Assembly (NCBI GenBank): GCA_023378805.1
Contig: JAMCSQ010000019.1
Coordinates: forward strand, 11,738-75,737
Direction: 5' to 3'
DNA length: 64,000 nucleotides
DNA from: Candidatus Parvarchaeota archaeon
GTDB lineage: Archaea > Nanobdellota > Nanobdellia > Parvarchaeales > Parvarchaeaceae
The position numbers and the translations under genes were made by a program. A model generated the notes under the pieces. It saw nothing but the letters and a program-made list of their open reading frames with translations, was not told where the DNA came from and ran no database searches. Positions within the stretch are counted from its first letter, which is position 1; each line of letters opens with the position of its first letter. This document shows positions 39,212 through 48,498 of this stretch, in pieces.

Positions 39212-39280
39212 TCAATCCGAGCATCCGCAGCCACAATCACAGCCACATCCACACTTTTCTTCCTTTTTTTCTTCTGCCAT
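39212..39280 (-). CDS. Cys-rich micropeptide MAEEKKEEKCGCGCDCGCGCSD (metallothionein-like)
   Basis: Manual translation ATG(39280)...TGA(39212); 6 Cys in strict CxCxCxCxCxC; TTTATAA box about 25 nt upstream; not in the ORF track. Confidence 0.75.
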   Translation of the reverse strand: MAEEKKEEKCGCGCDCGCGCSD

Positions 39281-39311
39281 ACCTCTTAAAGCAAACTCTT
39301 GTCTTATAAAG

Positions 39312-40916
39312 TTAACTATTATTTTTCACGGCATTCAAAAAAGACAAAAATAATGGAGAGGGCGATTCTATTCTCGATTTTAGTTCAGGATGAGCTTGCG
39401 TAGCAATACCAAAACCACTTGGCCATTCTATTATCTCAGCTAATTTGTTGTCTTTAGTCGTTGCAGTTATCTTTAAACCGTTCTTTTCAAGAATTTTTCT
39501 GAATTTGTTGTTAAGCTCGTACCTGTGCCTGTGTCTTTCCGATATGACCTTACTATGATAGGAAGAAAAGGCTATTGAGCCCTTGTCCTTTATGACTAGA
39601 TCCCATGCGCCCAATCGCATTGTCCCCCCCTTCTGTTTTACCGATATCTGTGAAGGCAGAATATCAATTATATTATATTTTGTATAGGGATCAAACTCTG
39701 TTGAATTTGCCCTTTTTAAATCGCATACATCTCTCGCAAATTCCACGGCCATAAGCTGCATTCCCAAACATAACCCCAAGTAAGGTACGCCTTTCTCTCT
39801 TGCATACTTTATTGCAGATATCATACCTTCTATACCCCTCTTTCCAAAACCACCAGGAACTATAATACCCTCAATGCCTTTTAATATGCTTTCTGGATTT
39901 GACTTTTCAAGCAACTCAGATTCTATCCATTTTACATTGAGATTAACTGATAACTTGCCAGCAGCATGCATTAAAGCTTCTCTAACGCTTACATAGGAAT
40001 CCTTAAGTTCTATGTATTTCCCAACTACTGCTATAGTTACTGTTTTGCCGCCGTTGCTTATTATTTTATCCACATTGTTTCTCCATTTTTCAAGTTTTTT
40101 CAGGTTTATCTTTTTCTTAGGCAAATTAAAAGCTTGTAAAAGAAGTTTATCAAAAGCTTGGTCTATCAGATACTGTGGCAATTGGTAGGGAGAATCCATA
40201 TCTGGATCATTTATCACTCTGCTTTCATCCAGACTTGTAAACATTGCAAGCTTCTTTTTGACACCTTCGCTCATTTCTCCGTCTGTTCTACATATTAAAA
40301 ACTGTGGGATTATGCCCATTCCCATTAAGGTCCTAAATGCAGACTGAGTCGGCTTGCTTTTCTGCTCCCCAACAGTCTTTAATCTCGGCACATAGGTAAC
40401 ATCAACAAATACTACTTGTTCCTTAAGTGAAAGCTGCCTCATGGCTTCTATAAAATAACCGTTTTCAATATCCCCTACGGTTCCACCGACTTCTATTACA
40501 ACAAAATCCAAATTGTTTTTAACTGCAAAATCCTTTACTTTTTCCTGTATCTGATTTGTAAGGTGTGGTATTACCTGAACATCTTCCCCTAAATATTCTC
40601 CTTTCCTTTCTTTCTCAATTATTTCTCCAAAAAGCTTTCCTCCTGTGATAGAAGAACTACTAGTAAGACTGCGATTTAGGAATCGTTCATATGTACCGAA
40701 ATCCATATCTACCTCTCCCTTATCATCTAACACAAAGACTTCTCCATGCCTGTAAGGGTTCATCGTGCCGCAGTCATAGTTTAAGTATCCGTCAAATTTT
40801 ATTGGGAGAACTTTAAAATCATAAATATCGAGTATTTTCATTATAGAAGATGATACTACTCCCTTACCTAAACCACTCATTATTGACCCAAGTACTACTA
40901 TGAACTTTGCTGGCAT
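39312..40916 (-). CDS. pyrG: CTP synthase
   Basis: SGLGKG, GTMNPYRHGEVFV, GGTVGDIE, GLCLGMQ, ERHRHRYE, HPE. Confidence 0.97.
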   Translation of the reverse strand: MPAKFIVVLGSIMSGLGKGVVSSSIMKILDIYDFKVLPIKFDGYLNYDCGTMNPYRHGEVFVLDDKGEVDMDFGTYERFLNRSLTSSSSITGGKLFGEIIEKERKGEYLGEDVQVIPHLTNQIQEKVKDFAVKNNLDFVVIEVGGTVGDIENGYFIEAMRQLSLKEQVVFVDVTYVPRLKTVGEQKSKPTQSAFRTLMGMGIIPQFLICRTDGEMSEGVKKKLAMFTSLDESRVINDPDMDSPYQLPQYLIDQAFDKLLLQAFNLPKKKINLKKLEKWRNNVDKIISNGGKTVTIAVVGKYIELKDSYVSVREALMHAAGKLSVNLNVKWIESELLEKSNPESILKGIEGIIVPGGFGKRGIEGMISAIKYAREKGVPYLGLCLGMQLMAVEFARDVCDLKRANSTEFDPYTKYNIIDILPSQISVKQKGGTMRLGAWDLVIKDKGSIAFSSYHSKVISERHRHRYELNNKFRKILEKNGLKITATTKDNKLAEIIEWPSGFGIATQAHPELKSRIESPSPLFLSFLNAVKNNS

Positions 40917-40981
40917 TTAATTTAACTTATTTTGCACTTTTATATTTTTCCTTGTTAATATCCATATTAAAAAAAGAAAAA

Positions 40982-41617
40982 TCAAATGAAACCAAGCCAA
41001 AGAAGAAGTATGCCTATAAATTCAGAGTAATATAAAAACGCGGGAAAATGAGCGATGTAAAGAGAACCGGCTATGCTTACTATCACAACCCCGGCTATTA
41101 TTGAAAGCATTTTCTTGTTAGAAGTTTTTCTGTAGGATATTACTGCTACGGCTATAAGTATTGCCGCTGCAGGAAATGTCATTATTGATGAAGAGATTAC
41201 TACAAGAGTAGGAAGCACCCCAAATACGACATAATTTGTAAGCACATTGCCTATGTTTGATACTATCAACGAGTATACGACAAACACTGCGGATAAAATG
41301 AAAAATATGCTGTAATAATTGAGAATTTTCCTGTTTTTTAGCAATGCTGTAGAACCAAGAGCCAAAAAACTAACCAAAAATGCAACTGCAGCGAGATAAG
41401 ATTTTATCAAAAAAGCATTATATATGTTAAAAGAGAAAAGAACTTCAAGTAAAACTCCTATTCCGAACAGCCAAAGCCCAATTGACCAGTAAAGCTGGCT
41501 CTTTCCCTTCTTTTTTAGAAATTTGTAAGTCATTAATGATGCTAACGGTACAGTTAAAAGAAATATAAGGATTGTCGAAAACTCGATGAAAAGCTCACTG
41601 GAAAATATGCTTGACAT
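40982..41617 (-). CDS. 7-TM membrane protein of unknown function
   Basis: About 7 hydrophobic helices, W.IGL.LF motif. Confidence 0.7.
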   Translation of the reverse strand: MSSIFSSELFIEFSTILIFLLTVPLASLMTYKFLKKKGKSQLYWSIGLWLFGIGVLLEVLFSFNIYNAFLIKSYLAAVAFLVSFLALGSTALLKNRKILNYYSIFFILSAVFVVYSLIVSNIGNVLTNYVVFGVLPTLVVISSSIMTFPAAAILIAVAVISYRKTSNKKMLSIIAGVVIVSIAGSLYIAHFPAFLYYSEFIGILLLWLGFI

Positions 41618-41647
41618 TTATTTTTATAGGTTTTATCCTATTTAAAA

Positions 41648-42478
41648 TTATATGAAAAAAACAAGAGATAAAAGAACTGCTACAACTGCTATGAATATAT
41701 TATCGTCGATTGGGCTGAATCTTTCAGCTAATGAAAGAATAAATGCAAAAATAACACCAAATAATCCGAAAAGGATAACTCCAGGAATCAAAGAAGAGAT
41801 GAAAAAAGCTGTGCTCCCACTAATAGATTTTCTGCCGGGTTTTTTGAGTATTCTCAAGCCCACTACAGTGGCTATCGGATCTGAAATCAACAAAGAAAAA
41901 AGACTGAAAAAGAGAAAATCAAATCTATTTATAAATCCCAACAGTAAAACGGCACCAGCTGACATGGCTATTGCTCCAGAACCAAATATTACTCCATCCC
42001 TTTCAAGCAGCTTTACTAACTTCTTCATTTTTACACCATAAACATATATAATGTGTGCTACCAGGATGCCTAAAAAAACTAATGCCAATAATACCTGCTT
42101 GTAAGAGAAGACAAGAATTGAAAGGAATATGCCTCCTATCAAAATCTGGACCAAATCCCTTCTTATCTCCAGTTTACTACTTATATTGACGTTTTTTATC
42201 GCTAATTTCCTTATAAAAAGTGATTGGATAATTAGACTTATAGAAATTATTTCAAAAGAAAATTTAATTGGAAATACTCCAGAAAATACAACTACTAAAA
42301 GAGCTGTAAATACGAAGTAAAAATAATATCTACGTGAGGTATAAGCCAATAGAAGCAAGGAAGAAAGCGCTGCAATTGGCATAGCATAATAATAAAAGTA
42401 AATGCTATGAAGCAAAAAATAAACCAGATAAGAAAATGAAAAAGAAAAGACAAATATAAGGAAATTATTTGTTTTCAT
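41648..42478 (-). CDS. Dolichol/phytol kinase family (CTP-dependent polyprenol kinase)
   Basis: EIRRDLVQ, LERDG, SDPIATVVG, KSISGS, DDN; ATG at 42478. Confidence 0.75.
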   Translation of the reverse strand: MKTNNFLIFVFSFSFSYLVYFLLHSIYFYYYAMPIAALSSLLLLAYTSRRYYFYFVFTALLVVVFSGVFPIKFSFEIISISLIIQSLFIRKLAIKNVNISSKLEIRRDLVQILIGGIFLSILVFSYKQVLLALVFLGILVAHIIYVYGVKMKKLVKLLERDGVIFGSGAIAMSAGAVLLLGFINRFDFLFFSLFSLLISDPIATVVGLRILKKPGRKSISGSTAFFISSLIPGVILFGLFGVIFAFILSLAERFSPIDDNIFIAVVAVLLSLVFFI

Positions 42479-42482
42479 GGCA

Positions 42483-44897
42483 TTAAAGAAGAGAGAACTC
42501 CCTATCTTTTTTATAAGCAAATATTTTGACTATATCTGTTATCAAAAGAAAAATAACTGCAGTAGCTCCTATCAATACCATATAAAGTGTGCTTATACTT
42601 GACATCAATATTCCAAATCTTGCTATTACAAATGTTATTATAATAGCTAGAACTATTTGCAGTATAACCGGTATGCTTGGTCTAGAATGGAAAAATCTTC
42701 TTCTAGACCGTATAGATAGAAGAAGCGCTTCTATAGAAAATATAAATGCAACAAACATGAATGTTTCAAATGAAGTATGATTTAAGTGAAAATAAAACAG
42801 TCCAAAGTAAGCCAACAAAGAAACCTCAAATATAGCCATTGCACCGAAAAGAATAGACGCGAAGAATATTGCTTTTATGTCCCAAGCATCTGGTTTCTTA
42901 GAATAACTTTCCTTATCTGTTGATAATGCTATACTTCCAATATCATTTATGAATATCATTAAAATAAGTTGTATCGCTCTTATAGGTAGGAACCTAAGTA
43001 TTATGAATGCTATTGACAGGAAAAATGCTATCTGAAATATCCTAGCAACCTTATTTAAGGTATAGCTTATCATTCTTTCGAATATAGACCGACTTTCTTT
43101 TACAGCATTCACTATCGGCTCTATTCCTGGAGAGGTTAGAACTATAGTTGCTGCACTTTTTGCAACATCAGTTGCGTTTGAAACGGCTATACCTACCTCT
43201 GCCTGCTTTAAGGCAGGAGCATCATTTACTCCATCTCCCGTCATACCAACATGATAACCTGCATCCTGCAATGCCTTTACTATTGTATATTTGTCTTTTG
43301 GGAATACTCCTGCAAAACCATCGTGTTCTATAACTAACTTTGAAAGTGTTTTTTCATCCAAGCCCTCTAAAGCCTTGACATCGAGTATTTTCTCACCTAT
43401 TCCAACATCTTTGGCGATTTCCTTTGCAGTATCAATGTTGTCTCCGGTAAGCATCTTTGTCTTTATTCCAAGTGCCTTAAGCTCTTCTATAAGTTTTTTA
43501 CTATCCGATCTTGGTTTATCATTTAAGGGGATTATACCTACAAAAGACCATTCCTTTCTGTCATTTAATTTAGCTGCTACTGCGATAGTACGGTAGCCTT
43601 TTAATGACATCTCCTTTATTTTAGCGTTAATTTTTTTTATTTCTGAACTGTCTAAAGAGCATCTCTTTATTACAATGGCAGGAAACCCTTTAATGGCAGA
43701 CATTTTTTTACCATTTAATATGACATCTGCCTGTGACATTTTTGTAGAAGGGTTAAACGGCGTGAATTTTATCAGTTTGTAATTTAATTCCAGGTTTTTA
43801 GTATCATATTTTTTTAGACCTTCTATTATTGCATTGTCTATTTCATCGTTATCTTCTCTTCTAGATGCAATAGCTCCATAAAAAAGAGCCTCCTGTGCTG
43901 AAAATTTTCCATAGCCAAATGGATCAGAAACTGAAAGTTGGTTGCCTGTTATTGTTCCTGTTTTATCTAGGCAGACCACATTCATAGTAGATGCCTCTTC
44001 AATTGCTTCCAGCTTTGTCACAAGAATGTTCTTTGATGACAATCTTTCAGTACCGTATGCCATTGCAACTGTAAATGCCGCAGGCAATCCAACAGGCACT
44101 GACACTAGAAGGATAAGAAGAGAGAATGGAACTATTGTAAGCAAATTTATGTGTGATAGATAAGAAGCTATAAAAACCGCAGTTATAAGGAGTAGATCAA
44201 TATATATGAGATATTTAAGCAGCTTAAAAATATCATTTTCTAAATGCATCCTACCGCTGGCTATCCTTACAAGATCCGCCGTTTTCCCAAAAGAAGTGTC
44301 CTTTCCAGTCTTTAAAACAAGAGCCGTAGCTTCTCCTTCTCTTACAGTTGAGGATGAAAAGATAGTCTCTCCTTCCTTCCTGTCCACAGGCAGAGATTCC
44401 CCAGTCAGCATTGACTGGTCAACTGAAAGATAGTCTCCTTCTATTATAACACAATCTGCAGGAACTATATCTCCAAGCCTTATCCTTATTATATCTCCAG
44501 GCACGAGTAATTTTGCAGGTATTTTTTTCCATTGATCATTTCTCTGGACGTTAACGTTTACGGACAGTTTATTCTTTAAAAGCTCTAGGGTATTATCCGC
44601 TTTGAATTCCTCCAGAAAACCCGCTATAGCATTAAACAAAAGGAGACTTATAACTATGTACGCATCTATGCTTTTCCCAAGAATAAATGAGATTATTATA
44701 ACAATGAAAAGCATTAATGGTATTGGGCCCCAGAATTTTAATAGAAACTTTTTTATTGGATTTACTTTTTTGCTTGCAATTTCATTATACCCATATTTTT
44801 TTAGCCTTTCAGCTGCTTCTTTTTCCGAAAGTCCGTTCTTGCTAGAGGATAATTTTCTGAATTGCTCTTCTTTTGTTATCTCTACGTCTTTCCCCAT
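42483..44897 (-). CDS. P-type ATPase, P3A plasma-membrane H+-exporting
   Basis: DQSMLTGES, DKTGT, KGFP, GDGVNDAPALK, TM6 INDIG Asp. Confidence 0.92.
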   Translation of the reverse strand: MGKDVEITKEEQFRKLSSSKNGLSEKEAAERLKKYGYNEIASKKVNPIKKFLLKFWGPIPLMLFIVIIISFILGKSIDAYIVISLLLFNAIAGFLEEFKADNTLELLKNKLSVNVNVQRNDQWKKIPAKLLVPGDIIRIRLGDIVPADCVIIEGDYLSVDQSMLTGESLPVDRKEGETIFSSSTVREGEATALVLKTGKDTSFGKTADLVRIASGRMHLENDIFKLLKYLIYIDLLLITAVFIASYLSHINLLTIVPFSLLILLVSVPVGLPAAFTVAMAYGTERLSSKNILVTKLEAIEEASTMNVVCLDKTGTITGNQLSVSDPFGYGKFSAQEALFYGAIASRREDNDEIDNAIIEGLKKYDTKNLELNYKLIKFTPFNPSTKMSQADVILNGKKMSAIKGFPAIVIKRCSLDSSEIKKINAKIKEMSLKGYRTIAVAAKLNDRKEWSFVGIIPLNDKPRSDSKKLIEELKALGIKTKMLTGDNIDTAKEIAKDVGIGEKILDVKALEGLDEKTLSKLVIEHDGFAGVFPKDKYTIVKALQDAGYHVGMTGDGVNDAPALKQAEVGIAVSNATDVAKSAATIVLTSPGIEPIVNAVKESRSIFERMISYTLNKVARIFQIAFFLSIAFIILRFLPIRAIQLILMIFINDIGSIALSTDKESYSKKPDAWDIKAIFFASILFGAMAIFEVSLLAYFGLFYFHLNHTSFETFMFVAFIFSIEALLLSIRSRRRFFHSRPSIPVILQIVLAIIITFVIARFGILMSSISTLYMVLIGATAVIFLLITDIVKIFAYKKDREFSLL

Positions 44898-44898
44898 A

Positions 44899-45459
44899 TT
44901 AATCGCTTATTAAACCTATAAAAAGTTTGTCATCGCCTTTGAATTTTTTCTCGCCTGGAAGTCTTAAAAAGAGATATACTACCTTCCCATTAAAGACGAA
45001 ACGTAAGGGGGGAGAATATGGATAAAATTCTTTCTTAAAAAGCTTATCATAACTAACAGTTATTTCTGAGATTGATTTCTTTTCAACTCTCATAATAAGG
45101 GTATCAAGTTTTTTGTTGTAGAATTCTATGCTTTCCTGTGTTATCTCAACGAAGCCAGAATGCTTATGTAATGGTCTCATTGAACTTCTACTGACCCTCG
45201 CAATAACCTTTTTATGTAGACTTAATTCCAACAACTCCTTTCTGTATATCCATACGGCTTCAAACAAACCAAGCCCTCTTTTCAAGGAGTCATTTATAAA
45301 TTTCATCCTAGGAGTTTCTCCGCGGAATATATCTACTATGTTTAGTATATTCTTGTCAACTGAAACGCTTGCATTTTCCTTTGCCAGATTTTTACTGTAA
45401 AACATAGATAAAATGGATTTAACGGCCGTGAACATATCATTATGTTGCCTTCGATTCAT
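44899..45459 (-). CDS. Hypothetical protein
   Basis: 186 aa ORF ending 1 nt before the P-type ATPase start. Confidence 0.65.
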   Translation of the reverse strand: MNRRQHNDMFTAVKSILSMFYSKNLAKENASVSVDKNILNIVDIFRGETPRMKFINDSLKRGLGLFEAVWIYRKELLELSLHKKVIARVSRSSMRPLHKHSGFVEITQESIEFYNKKLDTLIMRVEKKSISEITVSYDKLFKKEFYPYSPPLRFVFNGKVVYLFLRLPGEKKFKGDDKLFIGLISD

Positions 45460-45523
45460 TTATAGTTTATTATTTGCTTAATTTACTGACAGTAAAAAAT
45501 AATTTTTAGTTTTCTTCTAGGAC

Positions 45524-45991
45524 TCAGATAACCTGAATTATCATCTGGATTATAAACCCAAGCACACCTATTATGAAAGTTCCTATAACAACCATTATTG
45601 AAAGTTCCTTGAACTCCTGCTTTGTAGGTTTTCTTGCAAGATGAAGTATCCTACTGTATTCAAATCTATAATGCTCCAGCTTTGCCTTTATATTCATAGG
45701 ATGAGCTTTTTTAATCGCATTTTTTACATGATATAAATGGAACCTTCTTTTCTTTATATTTGACTTTTCTTCTTTACTACTACCAGATACATTGCTTTGT
45801 ACAACTGTTTCTGCAGGCTTTTTCTGATCTGTATCCTGAGCTCCATTTTTAGTAGTATTAGAATTTTTCTGCTCCATTATCTTTTCGGTATGCTCAAAGG
45901 TATCTGCAGGCCTCGTATCGTTTTTTATTACTTTTTCCTGCTTATCTAAATTGCCCAGATTGGCATCTGCTAGACTCTTATTTTCATCCAT
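45524..45991 (-). CDS. secE: Protein translocase SecE/Sec61-gamma with long N-terminal extension
   Basis: C-terminal EYSRILHLARKPTKQEF + TM; directly downstream of ftsZ. Confidence 0.9.
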   Translation of the reverse strand: MDENKSLADANLGNLDKQEKVIKNDTRPADTFEHTEKIMEQKNSNTTKNGAQDTDQKKPAETVVQSNVSGSSKEEKSNIKKRRFHLYHVKNAIKKAHPMNIKAKLEHYRFEYSRILHLARKPTKQEFKELSIMVVIGTFIIGVLGFIIQMIIQVI

Positions 45992-45993
45992 AA

Positions 45994-47121
45994 TCAACTT
46001 AGAAAAGTTATCCCCAATTCATCTTCAACTTCCTGTTTCTCCTTTAACTGTTGGTCCTCTGCTATAGATTTCCCACTTATCTGTTTAGAAGTTACTCCTG
46101 TTATTATGGCCAAAACCTTTACGGTGTTCTTTAAATCCGGGAATATGTGCGCACCCCATATTATGTTTATGTCATCAGGTAGTTTCTGGCCTATAAGATC
46201 AACTAATTTGTTTGCTTCTTCAAGTGTAAGCGAAGGCCCTCCACTTACGTCTATAAGCATCCCTCTTGCAGTTGAAACATCAACATCTATGAGCGGATTA
46301 TTAAGCACTTTCTCTACAACTGTTTCAAGTTTCTTGTCTTTTGCATCACTTTCCCCAGTTCCTATAAGCGCTACTCCTCCATTAGACATTATCCTCTTTA
46401 CATCTGCAAAATCAACGTTTATTAAACCGGGTTTCGTTATCAACTCAGTTATCCCCTTAACTGCATTTGTAAGAACATCATCTGCTATCTTCAATGCTAT
46501 AGGCAGCGGTAACCCCGGGGCAATCGCCATGAGCTTTTCATTGGGAACGGTTATCAATGTATCTACTGTATTCTTAAGTTTTTCCACACCATTCAGCGCA
46601 GAGTTCATTCTTCTTCTGCCCTCTGCCTTAAATGGCAAAGTAACAACTGCTATAGTAAGTGCGTTTATTTTCTTTGAAACCGATGCAACAACCGGCGCTG
46701 CACCAGTACCTGTTCCACCGCCCATACCGCAACATATAAAAACTAAATCTGCACCTTGAAGAGCTTCCTTAAGTTCCTGCTCCTGCTCTTTTGCCGCAGC
46801 CTCACCAACTGCAGGGTCCGCGCCAGCGCCTAACCCATTTGTTAATTCCTTTCCTATAAGTATCTTTTTATCAGCAGGAGTACAAAGAAGATCTGCAGCA
46901 TCAGTATTAACTGCTATGAACTCCGCTCCTTTTATACCAACTTCAAACATTCTGTTAAGAGTATTGTTTCCGGATCCGCCTACACCGACTACTTTTATAT
47001 TTGCCCTTCTTGATGCTATTAATTCTTCTAAGGACTTGTCAAATTCTTTAGTTTTGCTAGCATCGTACTTCATCCCTTTTATTCCCTGACTAAGTGAATT
47101 ATTCATTTGCATATCATCCAT
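45994..47121 (-). CDS. ftsZ: Cell division protein FtsZ (FtsZ1-type, linked to secE)
   Basis: GVGGSGNN, GMGGGTGTG, NVDFAD. Confidence 0.97.
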   Translation of the reverse strand: MDDMQMNNSLSQGIKGMKYDASKTKEFDKSLEELIASRRANIKVVGVGGSGNNTLNRMFEVGIKGAEFIAVNTDAADLLCTPADKKILIGKELTNGLGAGADPAVGEAAAKEQEQELKEALQGADLVFICCGMGGGTGTGAAPVVASVSKKINALTIAVVTLPFKAEGRRRMNSALNGVEKLKNTVDTLITVPNEKLMAIAPGLPLPIALKIADDVLTNAVKGITELITKPGLINVDFADVKRIMSNGGVALIGTGESDAKDKKLETVVEKVLNNPLIDVDVSTARGMLIDVSGGPSLTLEEANKLVDLIGQKLPDDINIIWGAHIFPDLKNTVKVLAIITGVTSKQISGKSIAEDQQLKEKQEVEDELGITFLS

Positions 47122-47169
47122 AAGTTTACCTCAATAGATTAATCATTTTGGATTATATATAAATATCTC

Positions 47170-47817
47170 CTAATCCTTTAATATCTCAGTTTTAATCTTC
47201 TTGTTGATGTATTTGCTTATATCCATCGCTATACTGTCCTTTATGTAAGGTTTAACCTCCTCTTTTGTGTGTATTTTTACAGTTTCATTGTCAATATCCG
47301 TACTTTCTGGTTTTTTGCCGGTGTAATGCTCAAATATTGCAGAATACTTCTCTTTCTCGTCTTCTATTATTGAAACTATCTCAATTTCATATCTAAGTTC
47401 CTTTCCAGCCAATGGATGATTGTAACTTACGAGCACCCTGCCACTGCTTATTGCTAAGACCGTGGCCATTTTATCGTCTAAAAGGACCATATCCCCTACA
47501 GAAGGATTAATATTATTGCTTCTAAATACTGATATCCCGTATGTTTTTATAAGCCTTTTATCAAACTCCCCAAATCCGTCTTTTGGCTGCACAGTTATCT
47601 CATATTTATCTCCTTGGTTCTTTCCTACAACCGAATCGGAGATAACTTTCAGTATATAATTTCCGCCAGGGATGACAAGAACAGGCGAAAAATTATAATC
47701 TCCTTTTATGCTCTCTTTTTCCGCCGTTTTTTTATCTGTTAGATCAAATATCTGACCGGTAGAAGTTATTCTCCCTATAAAATTTATCATTACAAAATCA
47801 TTTTCCTTAATCATCAC
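47170..47817 (-). CDS. slyD: FKBP-type peptidyl-prolyl isomerase (SlyD-like, long archaeal form)
   Basis: IFDLT, P..GFGE, YNHPLAGKELRY. Confidence 0.88.
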   Translation of the reverse strand: MMIKENDFVMINFIGRITSTGQIFDLTDKKTAEKESIKGDYNFSPVLVIPGGNYILKVISDSVVGKNQGDKYEITVQPKDGFGEFDKRLIKTYGISVFRSNNINPSVGDMVLLDDKMATVLAISSGRVLVSYNHPLAGKELRYEIEIVSIIEDEKEKYSAIFEHYTGKKPESTDIDNETVKIHTKEEVKPYIKDSIAMDISKYINKKIKTEILKD

Positions 47818-48086
47818 TGCCTCCTCATCTCAATTGATATGAATGAAACATTTCTTTTCTTTCCTTCTTTATCCGCGAGCTCTTCAGTCCCTATTTCAAT
47901 GCCAGAAACTTTAAGATCCTTCATGAATTTGTGCATCGTAACCTGTGAGATATCGACCGCAGTAGAGATTGATAAGCCCCTTGCCTTTATTACAACCTGA
48001 TTATTGCCAGAGTTTAAATGAGTAAGTATGGCCATTACATATGACATTATCGGTTTTTTCCCTACAAATATTATATCATTTTCCAT
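47814..48086 (-). CDS. albA: DNA/RNA-binding protein Alba
   Basis: IFVGKKPIMSYV, KARG, AVD, VSFISI. Confidence 0.95.
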   Translation of the reverse strand: MENDIIFVGKKPIMSYVMAILTHLNSGNNQVVIKARGLSISTAVDISQVTMHKFMKDLKVSGIEIGTEELADKEGKKRNVSFISIEMRRQ

Positions 48087-48138
48087 AATTCTATTTTTTA
48101 AATTTATATGTATATAAGCATTTATATTTTGCTTAATA

Positions 48139-48498
48139 TTAGTTGTTGCTAAGTTTTACGGCCCTTCCGTCAAAAGCCAAGGTCCTTATCTTAAGTTTAT
48201 TTGCCTTTGCTCTTAATTCCCTGTCTTCTGTAAAAAGAATCCCATTTTTATACAAACAAAAATCCAACAATGTGTTATCAGTATTTTTATTTTCGTCAAA
48301 TTCTACTACCTTTAAGCCATAAGAAAGAAAAAAGCTTTTTACATCAGATCTTTTTATATTAGTTAACTCAACTATACACTTCCTAATTGTTAAAATGGAA
48401 AAACTACTCTGAAAAAAATTATCAAGCAGCGCCTTTAAATCCAATTTATTGTCAAAACAATAAACCATAATGTTTGTGTCTATAACAACATCATTCAT
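48139..48498 (-). CDS. PIN-domain protein (Fcf1/Utp24-like)
   Basis: IDTN, EL, TDN, TEDRELR; standard position after aIF2-gamma. Confidence 0.85.
   Translation of the reverse strand: MNDVVIDTNIMVYCFDNKLDLKALLDNFFQSSFSILTIRKCIVELTNIKRSDVKSFFLSYGLKVVEFDENKNTDNTLLDFCLYKNGILFTEDRELRAKANKLKIRTLAFDGRAVKLSNN

Noticed and set aside
42589-44913. Several plus-strand ORFs inside the P-type ATPase
   Set aside because: Antisense shadows with no motifs; the same applies to nested ORFs in pckG, SPFH, the ABC genes, malK, malA and gatDE
46106-46759. 217-aa plus-strand ORF, and the similar ORF at 58284-58802
   Set aside because: Antisense shadows of the two ftsZ genes; they resemble each other only because the ftsZ paralogs do
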